From an uncultured Chloroflexia bacterium (GTDB taxonomy: Bacteria > Chloroflexota > Dehalococcoidia > DSTF01 > JALHUB01): a stretch of 64,000 nucleotides of DNA. Below are positions 8,394 through 17,077 of the stretch, in pieces. Position 1 is the stretch's first letter. Every line of letters starts with the position of its first letter. Below the pieces are notes generated by a model. That model was not told where the DNA came from and did not search any database. It was given only the letters and a program-made list of their open reading frames with translations. The stretch lies in NCBI GenBank assembly GCA_963703345.1, contig OY969814.1:1408001-1472000 (forward strand), in the 5' to 3' direction. The translations under genes were made by a program, and so were the position numbers.

Positions 8394-10649
8394 CTAGGCC
8401 TTGACCTCCGCCGGCTGAAGCTTCTTCACGGTCCCGCGCCAGTCGCACTTCAAGCACTTCGCCTTGCCGCCCGCCTGGGCCACAATCACGCTGCCGCACT
8501 TGGGGCAAGGCTCTGCGAGCGGGCGCGACCAGCTTGTGAATCGGCACTTTGGGTAGTTCGAGCAACCGTAGAAGGTGCGACCCCTACGGGTCCGCTTGGC
8601 GACGACGACGCCGCCGCACTCCGGGCAGGCGACGCCCACCTTCGCCATGATTCGACGCGTGCCGCGGCAGGTCGGATAGTCGGAGCAGGCGAGGAACGGA
8701 CCGTAGCGACCGCGCCGGATGACCATCGGCTTGCTGCAGATTTGGCAGGTCTCGTCGGTCGCTTGCGGCGTCTCCTCCTCCCGTTCCAGAGGCCGGCTGT
8801 TCTTGCACTCCGGAAAGCCGCTGCATGCAAGGAACCGCCCGAAGCGCCCCCAGCGAATGACCATCGGCTTGCCGCACTTCTCGCAGACCTCGCTCGTCTT
8901 TTCTTCGACGCGCGGGGCCGCCTCCGCCGCCGAAAGGGCAGCCTCGAGCGGCTGATAGAAGTCGCGCACGACCGGCTGCCACTGGCGCTGGCCGCCCGCG
9001 ATCTCGTCCAGTTCCTCCTCCATCTCCGCGGTGAATCTGACGGCCGTTATCTCCGGGAAGTAGCTGACCAGCAGGTCATTGACGACGACACCGAGCTCTT
9101 TCGGCTTCAGCGCCCGGCCCTCCTTCTCCACGTAGCCGCGGTCCTGGATCGTCGAAAGGATGGGCGCGTACGTGCTCGGTCGCCCGATGCCGTTCTCTTC
9201 CATCGCCTTCACCAGCGTCGCCTCCGTGAAGCGGGGCGGCGGCTCCGTGAAGTGCTGCTCCGGCAGGAGGTCTTGCAGGCGAAGCTCTTCGCCCTCGGCG
9301 AGCGCCGGCAACGGGCGCTTCTCCTCGGTCTCCTCTTCCTCCGTCGACTCCTGGTAGACCTGGCGATAGCCGGGAAAGCGCAGGAAGCTGCGCGTTGCGC
9401 GGAACAGGTAGCGCTCCGGCCCCTCTTTCGGCTGCGCTTCGATTTCGACGGATGTCTGGTCGTAGACGGCGTCGGCCATCTGGCTGGCGACCATCCGCTG
9501 CCAGACCAGGGTGTAAAGGCGGAGTTGATCGCGGTTGAGCGCCGTCTTCAGAGAGGCGGGCTCGCGCCGCGCCGACGTGGGGCGGATTGCTTCGTGCGCC
9601 TCCTGCGCGCCCTTCGCTTTCTTGCGAAACACGCGCGGCGCCGCCGGTACCAGCGACGCGCCGAAGCGCTCGGCGATGTACTCGCGTGTCTCGCTCAAGG
9701 CGACCGCGGCGACGTTCGTCGAGTCGGTGCGCATGTACGTGATAAGTCCGATCTGCCCGCCGGCGACGGAAAGGCCCTCGTAGAGCTGCTGCGCAACGGC
9801 CATGGTGCGCTTCGCCGTGAAGCCTAGCCGCCGCGATGCCTCTTGCTGCAGGCTGCTGGTCGTGAACGGGGGCGCCGGCTGCTGACGCACGTCTTTCTTG
9901 CGAACGGACGTGACGACGAAGCGCGCCGGTCGCAGAAGCGCGACCAGGCGGTCCGACTCCGCCGCACTGCCGATCTCCAGCTTCTTGCGCTTGCCGGCCA
10001 GCCCGACCAAACGGGCCGTTAGCGTCGCGTCGCTTGACGCCTTCGCCAGCCGCGCGTCGAGCGTCCAGTACTCCTGCGGCACGAACGCGGTTATCTCTTT
10101 CTCGCGCTCGACCACCATTCGCACCGCCACCGACTGCACGCGTCCCGCCGACAGCCCGCGCCGCACTTTCTGCCAGAGCACCGGGCTTATCTTGTAGCCG
10201 ACGAGCCGGTCCAGGATGCGGCGCGCCTGCTGCGCATCGACGAGGCGCTCGTTTATCTGCCGTGGGTGCTCGAATGCGTCAAGGACGGCGCCCTTCGTTA
10301 CCTCGTGGAATACGACGCGCTGGTGTGGAGTGCCCTCCAGCCCCACGGCCTTGAGGATATGCCAGGCTATCGCCTCGCCCTCGCGGTCGGGGTCGGTCGC
10401 CAGGTAAACGCGGTCCGCGTCCTCCGCCGCTGCCTTGAGCTGTCGCACCACCTTCGCCTTCTCACGCGGCACGACGTAGCGCGGCGCAAAACCGTCCTCT
10501 ATGTCGACGCCGAGCTTCGTTTTCGGCAGGTCACGCACGTGCCCGACGGAGGCGTGGACGTCGTATTGCGAGCCCAAAAGACCGGCCAAGGTCCGCGCCT
10601 TCGCCGGTGACTCAACGATCACCAGGTTTCTTTGTTTCTTCTTTGTCAT
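8394..10649 (-). CDS. topA: DNA topoisomerase I with C-terminal C4 zinc ribbons
   Basis: VIVESPAKA, ATDPDREGE, SAGRVQS, LITYMRTDS and GIGRPSTYA motifs plus several CxxC ribbons. Confidence 0.97.
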   Translation of the reverse strand: MTKKKQRNLVIVESPAKARTLAGLLGSQYDVHASVGHVRDLPKTKLGVDIEDGFAPRYVVPREKAKVVRQLKAAAEDADRVYLATDPDREGEAIAWHILKAVGLEGTPHQRVVFHEVTKGAVLDAFEHPRQINERLVDAQQARRILDRLVGYKISPVLWQKVRRGLSAGRVQSVAVRMVVEREKEITAFVPQEYWTLDARLAKASSDATLTARLVGLAGKRKKLEIGSAAESDRLVALLRPARFVVTSVRKKDVRQQPAPPFTTSSLQQEASRRLGFTAKRTMAVAQQLYEGLSVAGGQIGLITYMRTDSTNVAAVALSETREYIAERFGASLVPAAPRVFRKKAKGAQEAHEAIRPTSARREPASLKTALNRDQLRLYTLVWQRMVASQMADAVYDQTSVEIEAQPKEGPERYLFRATRSFLRFPGYRQVYQESTEEEETEEKRPLPALAEGEELRLQDLLPEQHFTEPPPRFTEATLVKAMEENGIGRPSTYAPILSTIQDRGYVEKEGRALKPKELGVVVNDLLVSYFPEITAVRFTAEMEEELDEIAGGQRQWQPVVRDFYQPLEAALSAAEAAPRVEEKTSEVCEKCGKPMVIRWGRFGRFLACSGFPECKNSRPLEREEETPQATDETCQICSKPMVIRRGRYGPFLACSDYPTCRGTRRIMAKVGVACPECGGVVVAKRTRRGRTFYGCSNYPKCRFTSWSRPLAEPCPKCGSVIVAQAGGKAKCLKCDWRGTVKKLQPAEVKA

Positions 10650-10733
10650 TGCCTTACCTGAGCTGAATCTATCTCCGTTCTATTATGCCATCTCCGCGGA
10701 AGCTTTGCGATTCTTCCGGTTCAGAAGCTGCCC

Positions 10734-10765
10734 CTCCATGCCCCAGCCTTCAGGCTGGGGTGGAG
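10734..10765. repeat. REP-like palindrome CTCCATG-CCCCAGCCT-TC-AGGCTGGGG-TGGAG
   Basis: Perfect 9-bp inverted repeat with an outer CTCCA/TGGAG extension, in the topA-dprA intergenic region. Confidence 0.55.
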
Positions 10766-10782
10766 CTGTCCTTCTCTTCTGC

Positions 10783-10822
10783 CTATCCGTACGAAGGCCC
10801 CACTTCGCGGACGCGCACGTAG
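10783..10822 (-). repeat. Duplicate of the dprA 3' end (12 codons plus stop)
   Basis: Reads YVRVREVGPSYG*, identical to the dprA C-terminus (10955-10993), with only synonymous differences. Confidence 0.85.
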
Positions 10823-10830
10823 CGAAGGCA

Positions 10831-10940
10831 ATTCTGCGGGATGAATCCCCTCCTGAGGCGGGCAGGCCGCAGCTTCCACCTGACCCAGCTTGTGCACAGG
10901 CTGGGGGTTTCAACCCTCAGAACTGTAGGAGATCTGCGGA
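10831..10940. repeat. Two-hairpin REP/MITE-like module, copy 1
   Basis: ttctgcgggatgaatccc...cgcagc plus ggctgggggtttcaaccctcaga...tctgcgg; same order as the copy at 26938-27018. Confidence 0.6.
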
Positions 10941-10954
10941 AGAACCCGCCGCTG

Positions 10955-12073
10955 TCACCCATACGACGGCCCCACCTCGCGGACGCGCACGTAGTTCATC
11001 CGGCCTACCTGACGCACCATGCCCTTCAGCTCCAGCATCGCCAGCGTGCTGCTCACCGTCGCGATCGGTAGCCCGGACTCGCGGCGCACCTCATCGATAT
11101 GTATCGGCTGCGACGACAGGTGCCGCAAGAGGAGGCGCTCCGTTTCGTCCGCCGGCACCAGCTCTTTCATCTCGACCTGCGTCGCCACCATCGTCAGGTT
11201 CAGCTCCTCCAGTATGTCCTCCACCTTCGACACCAGCTTCGCCTCGCCGTCCTGGATGAGCTTGTTCGGGCCGCGGAACGTCGGGGCGTAGATGCTGCCC
11301 GGCACGGCGAAGACCTCCCGGTTCTGCTCCAGCGCCAGGTGCGCCGTGATCATGGCGCCGCTCTTCAGGTCGCCCTCCACCATCAGTATCCCCAGGCTCA
11401 TGCCGCTCATGATGCGATTGCGTCGCGGGAAGAACTCGCTGCGCGGCTGCGTGCCGAGCGGGTAGTCGGAGATGAGGGCGCAGCGCTCCGTGATCTCCTG
11501 CGCCAGCTTCAGGTGCTCCGGCGGGTAGACCATGTCCAGCCCGCAGGCGAGCACGGCGATGGTGCGACCGCCGGCGCTGAGGGCGGCTCGATGCGCTATG
11601 GCGTCGATGCCGCGCGCCAGGCCGCTGACGACGGTGACGTTGTTGCGCACGAGGTCGGTGGAGAACTGCTCGACGACCTGACGGCCGTAGGGCGTGGCCC
11701 GCCGCGTGCCGACGATGGCGACGGCCCACTCGTCAACGCTTGCCAGCTCGCCGCGGACGTAGAGGACGGGCGGCAGGTCGTAGATCTCCTTGAGCTTGGC
11801 CGGATAGGAGGGATGGTTCCAGGTGAGAGCGCTCACGTGGAAGCGTTGCAGCCGTTCGAGTTCCGCGTCCGGCGATATCTCCGGCCGTCCGGCGACGATG
11901 GCGTTAACGGACGCCTGGTCGAGGCCGGCGGCGCGCAGCTCGGCGGCGGAGGCTGTCCAGGCGTTCTCCAGCCGCCCGAAGTGCTTCTCGAGCAGGGAGA
12001 AGCGCGCTCGCCCGATGCGCGGGATGCGCCCCAAAGCGATCCAGAACTTGAGGTCGTCGTTGGCGTCGGTCAT
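10955..12073 (-). CDS. dprA: DNA-processing protein DprA
   Basis: VAIVGTR, VSGLARGID..AH and FP.RNRIMSG motifs, C-terminal winged helix. Confidence 0.95.
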   Translation of the reverse strand: MTDANDDLKFWIALGRIPRIGRARFSLLEKHFGRLENAWTASAAELRAAGLDQASVNAIVAGRPEISPDAELERLQRFHVSALTWNHPSYPAKLKEIYDLPPVLYVRGELASVDEWAVAIVGTRRATPYGRQVVEQFSTDLVRNNVTVVSGLARGIDAIAHRAALSAGGRTIAVLACGLDMVYPPEHLKLAQEITERCALISDYPLGTQPRSEFFPRRNRIMSGMSLGILMVEGDLKSGAMITAHLALEQNREVFAVPGSIYAPTFRGPNKLIQDGEAKLVSKVEDILEELNLTMVATQVEMKELVPADETERLLLRHLSSQPIHIDEVRRESGLPIATVSSTLAMLELKGMVRQVGRMNYVRVREVGPSYG

Positions 12074-12156
12074 TTGCCGCGCATTCTAGCACAGGGCCAG
12101 CGGCGTGACAAAACGGCGCGCGGGACGACGGCCAGCCGAGGGGCGCTTAATTGACC

Positions 12157-12170
12157 AATTGAATTCAATT
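12157..12170. promoter_or_regulatory. Perfect 14-bp AT-rich palindrome AATTGAATTCAATT (candidate operator)
   Basis: Perfect palindrome in the divergent dprA/RCC1 intergenic region, directly after TTGACC. Confidence 0.4.
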
Positions 12171-12365
12171 ATTTTTCGAGGTGTCTTCTGAATCTGGGAG
12201 AGGACGAACCGAATCTGGAGAAGTTGCAATAATGAGGCGAAAAGTCATTGCGAAGACCTGTGGTTGCGACCGGATTCGGCGGGTGCCTGGTGAGCCGGTT
12301 GCGCCAGGATGCAGGATAGCAGGTCTGAGGCGGCGTGGTAAGCGTTTGGCGTCACCCTGGCGTGC

Positions 12366-12393
12366 TTGACAGGCGGGTAGGACGCGCTATAAT
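12366..12393 (+). promoter_or_regulatory. Sigma70-type promoter of the RCC1-repeat gene
   Basis: TTGACA-16 nt-TATAAT, consensus at both boxes. Confidence 0.7.
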
Positions 12394-12457
12394 CGTGGCC
12401 GTGGTGGTTCACCCCCGAAAGTCCGCTTGGTCTTCCCGCCAACAGGGAGGTTGCGCG

Positions 12458-13918
12458 ATGCGTGTCGTCACTGCTGCACAATCGCGAATCGGTCTCCGCA
12501 GTGTCCTACTAGCTGCCCTCCTATTGCCAATGGTAGCAGTACTTACCGGACGCGAAGGTGGGGCTGCTCCAGATGTGCTTGTCGCGAGTGTCTCTTTGGG
12601 CGGCCGACACACCTTCGCCGCGACCACGGCAGGCGGTCTCAAGTGTTGGGGCTGGAACATCTATGGCCAGCTCGGGGACGGCACGAACACTGGGCCACAG
12701 CAATGCTCAGGAGACGCTTGTAGCACCACTGCTGTCGATGTTTCCGGCCTGACCAGCGGTGTCGCCGCCATCTCTGCTGGCTACGGAGACACCTGCGCCC
12801 TTACGACCGCGGGTGCCGCCATGTGTTGGGGCACGAACGGCCACGCCCAGCTCGGCGACGGCACGCTCTCGGACCGAACGGCTCCCGTCAGCGTCTTGGG
12901 GCTGACCAGCGGCGTCGCCGCCATCAGCGCGGGCTGGGAACATAGCTGCGCTCTCACCACCGCCGGCGGCGTCAAATGCTGGGGCGAGAACGACGCCGGT
13001 CAGCTTGGCGATGGCACTACCACGCAGCGTTTGACCCCCGTAAACGTTTCTGGCCTGACCAGTGGCGTCGCCGCCATCGCGGCGGGTGGAGAATATACCT
13101 GCGCTCTCACCACCGCCGGCGGCGTCAAATGCTGGGGCGGTAACGGTTGGGGCCAGCTGGGAATAGGGGCTTCAGGTGGCACGCACCCCTTGCCGCTGGA
13201 CGTCTCCGGCCTGACCAGTGGCGTCGCCGCCATTTCTGCCGGGTCGTCCCACACTTGCGCCATCATCACGGGCGGTGGCGTCAAGTGTTGGGGCGTTAAC
13301 GAGTACGGCCAGCTCGGAGACGGGGCGGGTGGCGGGCCAGAGCAGTGCTCGGGAGAGCCTTGCAGCACCACTGCTGTCGATGTTTCTGGCCTCGGCAGCG
13401 GTGTCGCCACCATTTCCGCTGGCGGGTCCCACACTTGCGCCAGGACCACCGGTGGTGGCCTCAAGTGCTGGGGCTTCAACGAGTACGGCCAGCTGGGCGA
13501 TGGCACTACAACCACGCGCCTAACGCCGGTCAACGTCTCCGGCCTAACCAGTGGCGTCGCTGGCATCAGTGCTGGCGGATACCAAACCTGCGCTCTGACG
13601 ACAGCTGGTGGCATTAAGTGCTGGGGCGAGAACGGCGCCGGTCAGCTTGGAATAGGTGCTTCAGACGGCAATCCGCACCCGTCGCCGCTGGACGTCTCCG
13701 GCCTGACCAGTGGCGTCGCTGGCATCAGTGTTGGCGTCAACCACACCTGTGCCCTCGCCTCGCCGCCCGTCGGCGGCATAGCGGACATGCCGGAGGCAAT
13801 GGCAGGATCGACCAACTCCCCAGCACTGCCGTACGCGGCCTTCGCCGGCATTGCGGCGGGGGGCGTTGTCGGGGTAGCGGCCTGCGGATGGTTTGCGAGG
13901 AGGCGGCGGGCGCGGTAG
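12458..13918 (+). CDS. Secreted, membrane-anchored RCC1-repeat beta-propeller protein
   Basis: GGGAGG SD then ATG 12458. Signal peptide, repeated H/xTCALTTAGGVKCWG.N..GQLG units, C-terminal PVGGIA...TM...RRRRAR anchor. Confidence 0.85.
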   Translation: MRVVTAAQSRIGLRSVLLAALLLPMVAVLTGREGGAAPDVLVASVSLGGRHTFAATTAGGLKCWGWNIYGQLGDGTNTGPQQCSGDACSTTAVDVSGLTSGVAAISAGYGDTCALTTAGAAMCWGTNGHAQLGDGTLSDRTAPVSVLGLTSGVAAISAGWEHSCALTTAGGVKCWGENDAGQLGDGTTTQRLTPVNVSGLTSGVAAIAAGGEYTCALTTAGGVKCWGGNGWGQLGIGASGGTHPLPLDVSGLTSGVAAISAGSSHTCAIITGGGVKCWGVNEYGQLGDGAGGGPEQCSGEPCSTTAVDVSGLGSGVATISAGGSHTCARTTGGGLKCWGFNEYGQLGDGTTTTRLTPVNVSGLTSGVAGISAGGYQTCALTTAGGIKCWGENGAGQLGIGASDGNPHPSPLDVSGLTSGVAGISVGVNHTCALASPPVGGIADMPEAMAGSTNSPALPYAAFAGIAAGGVVGVAACGWFARRRRAR

Positions 13919-13923
13919 CAGCC

Positions 13924-15231
13924 CTACCGGTTGCCGTTGCCGTTGCCGTTTGAGGACGGAGGCGCCGGCAGGTCTTTCTTGACGCGTATCTTCTTGATCC
14001 GGCGCCCCAGCACCGAGAGCACCCACAATCGCAGGCCGTCCGACTGCACCTCGTCGCCGGCCAGCGGTATCCGCCCCAGCTCGTGGTAGACGAACCCGCC
14101 CACCGTGTCGAAGTCATCGCCCTCGATGTGCAGGCCCAGCAGCTCGTTGAGGTCGTCGATGCTCACCCGCGCGTCGACGATCACCTCCATGTCGTCGACC
14201 TTCTCCACCGTCGGCTCCTCGCGGTCGTACTCGTCCTCGATCTCGCCGACAATCTCCTCCAGCATATCCTCGATGGTGACGATGCCCGCCGTCCCGCCGT
14301 ACTCGTCGACGACGATTGCAATGTGGACGCGGTTCGCCCGCATGTCCGCCAGCAGCTCGCCGACGTGCTTCGACTCCGGCACGAAAAACGGCGGGCGCGC
14401 CAGCTCGCGCAGGTTGGCCTCGGAGCGGTCGTCGTCGCCGGCCGCCAGGTGCTTGATGATATCCTTGGCGTAGATGACGCCGACGACGTTGTCTATCGTC
14501 TCCTCGAACAGCGGCACGCGGCTGTAGCCCCGCTCCGTGATGACGCGGATGACGTCATCGAGCGTGTCCTCGACGTTGACCGCGACGACGTCGATGCGCG
14601 GCACCATGATCTCGTGCACGCTCGTCTCTTCCAGGTTGATGATGCCGCGGATCATCTCCCGCTCCGCCGGCTCGATTGGGCCTTCCTCCTGCTCGATCTC
14701 CATCAGGCGGAGGAGCTCGTCGCTCTCCAGCACGTCTTCAACGGCTTCCGAGGGGCGATTCAGCAGGCGCAGCAGGACGCGGTCCGGCAGCGTCGCCAGC
14801 CAGGCGGGAGCGGCGAAGGTCGCTCTGAGCGCGGCGGCCAGCGGCGACAGGCGCGGGCCCCAGCGGTCCGGCGCGACGATCACCAGGAGGCGCGAGACGG
14901 CCTCGAGCAGCGCCAGGACGAGCAGGCTGCCGGCGGCGACCAGCGCCAGGCCTGCCCAGGTGTGGCCGCTCTCGCCGAGGACGAGGAAGAGCGCCAATGC
15001 CACACCGGCGATGATTGCGAGGCTGCGCGCGATGTCGAGCGCTCCCAGCAGGCGGTGGCGTTCGCGGAGATAGGCTCGCAGCGCCTCGGCCCGCGGCTCC
15101 CCGCCGACGAGCATCGAGCGCGCGCGCGTGCGGCTTAACCAGACGGCGCCAGCTTCGGCGGCCGTCACCAGCGCGAGCAGAGCTACGTCGCCGAGCAGCA
15201 GGCCGAGCGCAATCCAACTGCCGCTACTCAC
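13924..15231 (-). CDS. Hemolysin-family CNNM/CBS/CorC-HlyC protein
   Basis: N-terminal TM helices, [35 protein letters not shown] and DTVGG motifs. Confidence 0.9.
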   Translation of the reverse strand: MSSGSWIALGLLLGDVALLALVTAAEAGAVWLSRTRARSMLVGGEPRAEALRAYLRERHRLLGALDIARSLAIIAGVALALFLVLGESGHTWAGLALVAAGSLLVLALLEAVSRLLVIVAPDRWGPRLSPLAAALRATFAAPAWLATLPDRVLLRLLNRPSEAVEDVLESDELLRLMEIEQEEGPIEPAEREMIRGIINLEETSVHEIMVPRIDVVAVNVEDTLDDVIRVITERGYSRVPLFEETIDNVVGVIYAKDIIKHLAAGDDDRSEANLRELARPPFFVPESKHVGELLADMRANRVHIAIVVDEYGGTAGIVTIEDMLEEIVGEIEDEYDREEPTVEKVDDMEVIVDARVSIDDLNELLGLHIEGDDFDTVGGFVYHELGRIPLAGDEVQSDGLRLWVLSVLGRRIKKIRVKKDLPAPPSSNGNGNGNR

Positions 15232-15353
15232 CGTCGTTCCGCTCCGGCGCCTCCTTGGCTTTGTTGTTGCGACGGCGCGCCCGTTCGCTTGCCGTCAGGA
15301 CCGCGAGGAGAACCAGCGTGCCGATCCACAGGGGCACGCATAGCCGGCCTTGC

Positions 15354-16727
15354 TTACTCATTGCTCTTCTCCCGCTTGCGCCGTATCCGCGCCGGAACGC
15401 CGACTGCCAGCGCGTCGGGCGGCACATCGTGGTTAACGACGGAACCGGCGCCCGTCCTCGCCCTTTCGCCGACGGTCACGGGCGCGACGAGCATCGTGTC
15501 GCTGCCAATGAAGGCGCCGTCGCCGATGACCGTGCGGTGCTTGTTGACGCCGTCGAAGTTGCAGGTGATCGTTCCGGCGCCGATGTTGACGGCGTCACCC
15601 ACGTCCGCATCGCCGATGTAGCTGAAGTGGCCCATCTTCGTGCCTCGGCCCAGGCGCGAGTTCTTCACCTCGGCGAAGTTGCCGATGTGAACGCCCTGAC
15701 AGATGTGGGCGCCGCCACGAAGGTGGCTGAAGGGACCCACGCTTACCTCGTCCTCCAGCGTCGACTGCTCGACGACGGACGAGACGACGCGGCAGCGATG
15801 GCCAATCGTGGAATCGACGATGCGGCTGTCCGGCCCGATTACGCAGTCTTCGCCGACCGCGGTCTTTCCGAGAAGCGACGTGTTCGGCTGGAGAGTTGTG
15901 TCCGCGCCTATCGTCACGTCCGCGTCGATATAGGTGGTCGCCGGATCGACGATGGTGACGCCGGCGAGCATGTGGCGCTGCCGGATGCGCTCGCGGACGA
16001 CTGCCTCCGCCTGCGCGAGCTGGGCGCGGTCGTTGATGCCCAGCGCCTCGATCGGATCGGTGGCCGCCTCCGCGACTACCTTTGCGCCTGCGCTGGCGGC
16101 CATTTCGATGAGGTCGGTCAAGTAGTATTCACCGGCGGTGCTGCGCTCGATTCGCGACAGGCGAGGCCAGAGCCACTCGCCGCGGAAGCAGTAGACGCCG
16201 ACGTTCACCTCGTTGCCGGCCAGCGCCGATGCGGACGCATCCGCCTCTTCGACAATGGCGACAGGGCGGCCGGAAGGATCGCGGCGAAGTCGTCCCTGCC
16301 CGCGCGGCTCGTCGATGCAGGCGGTGAGGAAGGTCAGGTCCGCGTCCGCTTCGCGGTGAGTCGCGATGAGACTGGCGATGGTGTCCGCGGTCACGAGAGG
16401 AACGTCGGCGTTCAGGACGAGCACGTGTGCGGCGTCCTTAGCGGCCGCTTCCGCCTGCGCGACGGCGTGTCCCGTGCCGAGCTGCTCCGCTTGTCGAACG
16501 CACTGAACCTTGTCGTCCAGGATCGTCTGCACCTGCTCGGCGCCGTGCCCGACGACGACGACGAAGCGCGCGTGCCGACTGGTCGACTCGAAGGCGTCGC
16601 GGGCGGTCTGCAGCACGTGTAGGAGCATCGGCCGGCCGGCGATCTCGTGGAGCGCCTTCGGTTTCTTCGAGCGCATCCGCTTGCCGAGCCCGGCCGCGAG
16701 GACTATCGCCGTCCAGCTATCTTGCAT
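15354..16727 (-). CDS. glmU: Bifunctional UDP-GlcNAc pyrophosphorylase / GlcN-1-P acetyltransferase
   Basis: LAAGLGKRM, QLGTGHAV, EYYLTD, VGPFSHLR, GNFAEVK and HFSYIGDA motifs. Confidence 0.96.
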   Translation of the reverse strand: MQDSWTAIVLAAGLGKRMRSKKPKALHEIAGRPMLLHVLQTARDAFESTSRHARFVVVVGHGAEQVQTILDDKVQCVRQAEQLGTGHAVAQAEAAAKDAAHVLVLNADVPLVTADTIASLIATHREADADLTFLTACIDEPRGQGRLRRDPSGRPVAIVEEADASASALAGNEVNVGVYCFRGEWLWPRLSRIERSTAGEYYLTDLIEMAASAGAKVVAEAATDPIEALGINDRAQLAQAEAVVRERIRQRHMLAGVTIVDPATTYIDADVTIGADTTLQPNTSLLGKTAVGEDCVIGPDSRIVDSTIGHRCRVVSSVVEQSTLEDEVSVGPFSHLRGGAHICQGVHIGNFAEVKNSRLGRGTKMGHFSYIGDADVGDAVNIGAGTITCNFDGVNKHRTVIGDGAFIGSDTMLVAPVTVGERARTGAGSVVNHDVPPDALAVGVPARIRRKREKSNE

Positions 16728-17077
16728 TGCAGGCCTGCCCGCCTCGGAGGGTCAACAAAAAGCGGCCGCGGCCACCGCTCGCGCGATGCGCCGTTCGGCC
16801 GACATAGCTGCGCTGAGGGGAAGCGCCAGCTTCGCGTTTATCGCTATAGTCGCTATCGTCTAAAGGGTCGTCTTGTTTCACCGGTGGGTCAAAACCCCCG
16901 TTTCCACCTACGAATAGTATCGGCGGCCGTCCGGCGCTGTCAAGAGCCGCGCTCGGGGTGTTGGGTGCGAACGCGCTCCGGGGAGCCAGAAGCAAAGCCT
17001 CAGACACGCGCTCGACGTGTTCGGTGCAAATCCCCCGTCGTGACGCGCAACCCTCGTTCTGCTAGACTTGTCTCTCG

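Noticed and set aside
8373-9827. Long antisense ORFs such as 8373-9827(+), 17000-18229(-), 26991-28862(-), 40593-42611(-) and 62198-63217(-)
   Set aside because: Shadow frames of well-supported genes, expected in high-GC DNA; no recognisable motifs.
12590-13750. Regularly spaced DNA repeats resembling an array or CRISPR
   Set aside because: They are in-frame RCC1 coding repeats; there are no unique spacers and no cas genes in the window.
13928-13950. GTTGCC short tandem repeat
   Set aside because: Encodes an in-frame NGNGNG low-complexity tail; the 6-nt unit cannot cause frameshift phase variation.
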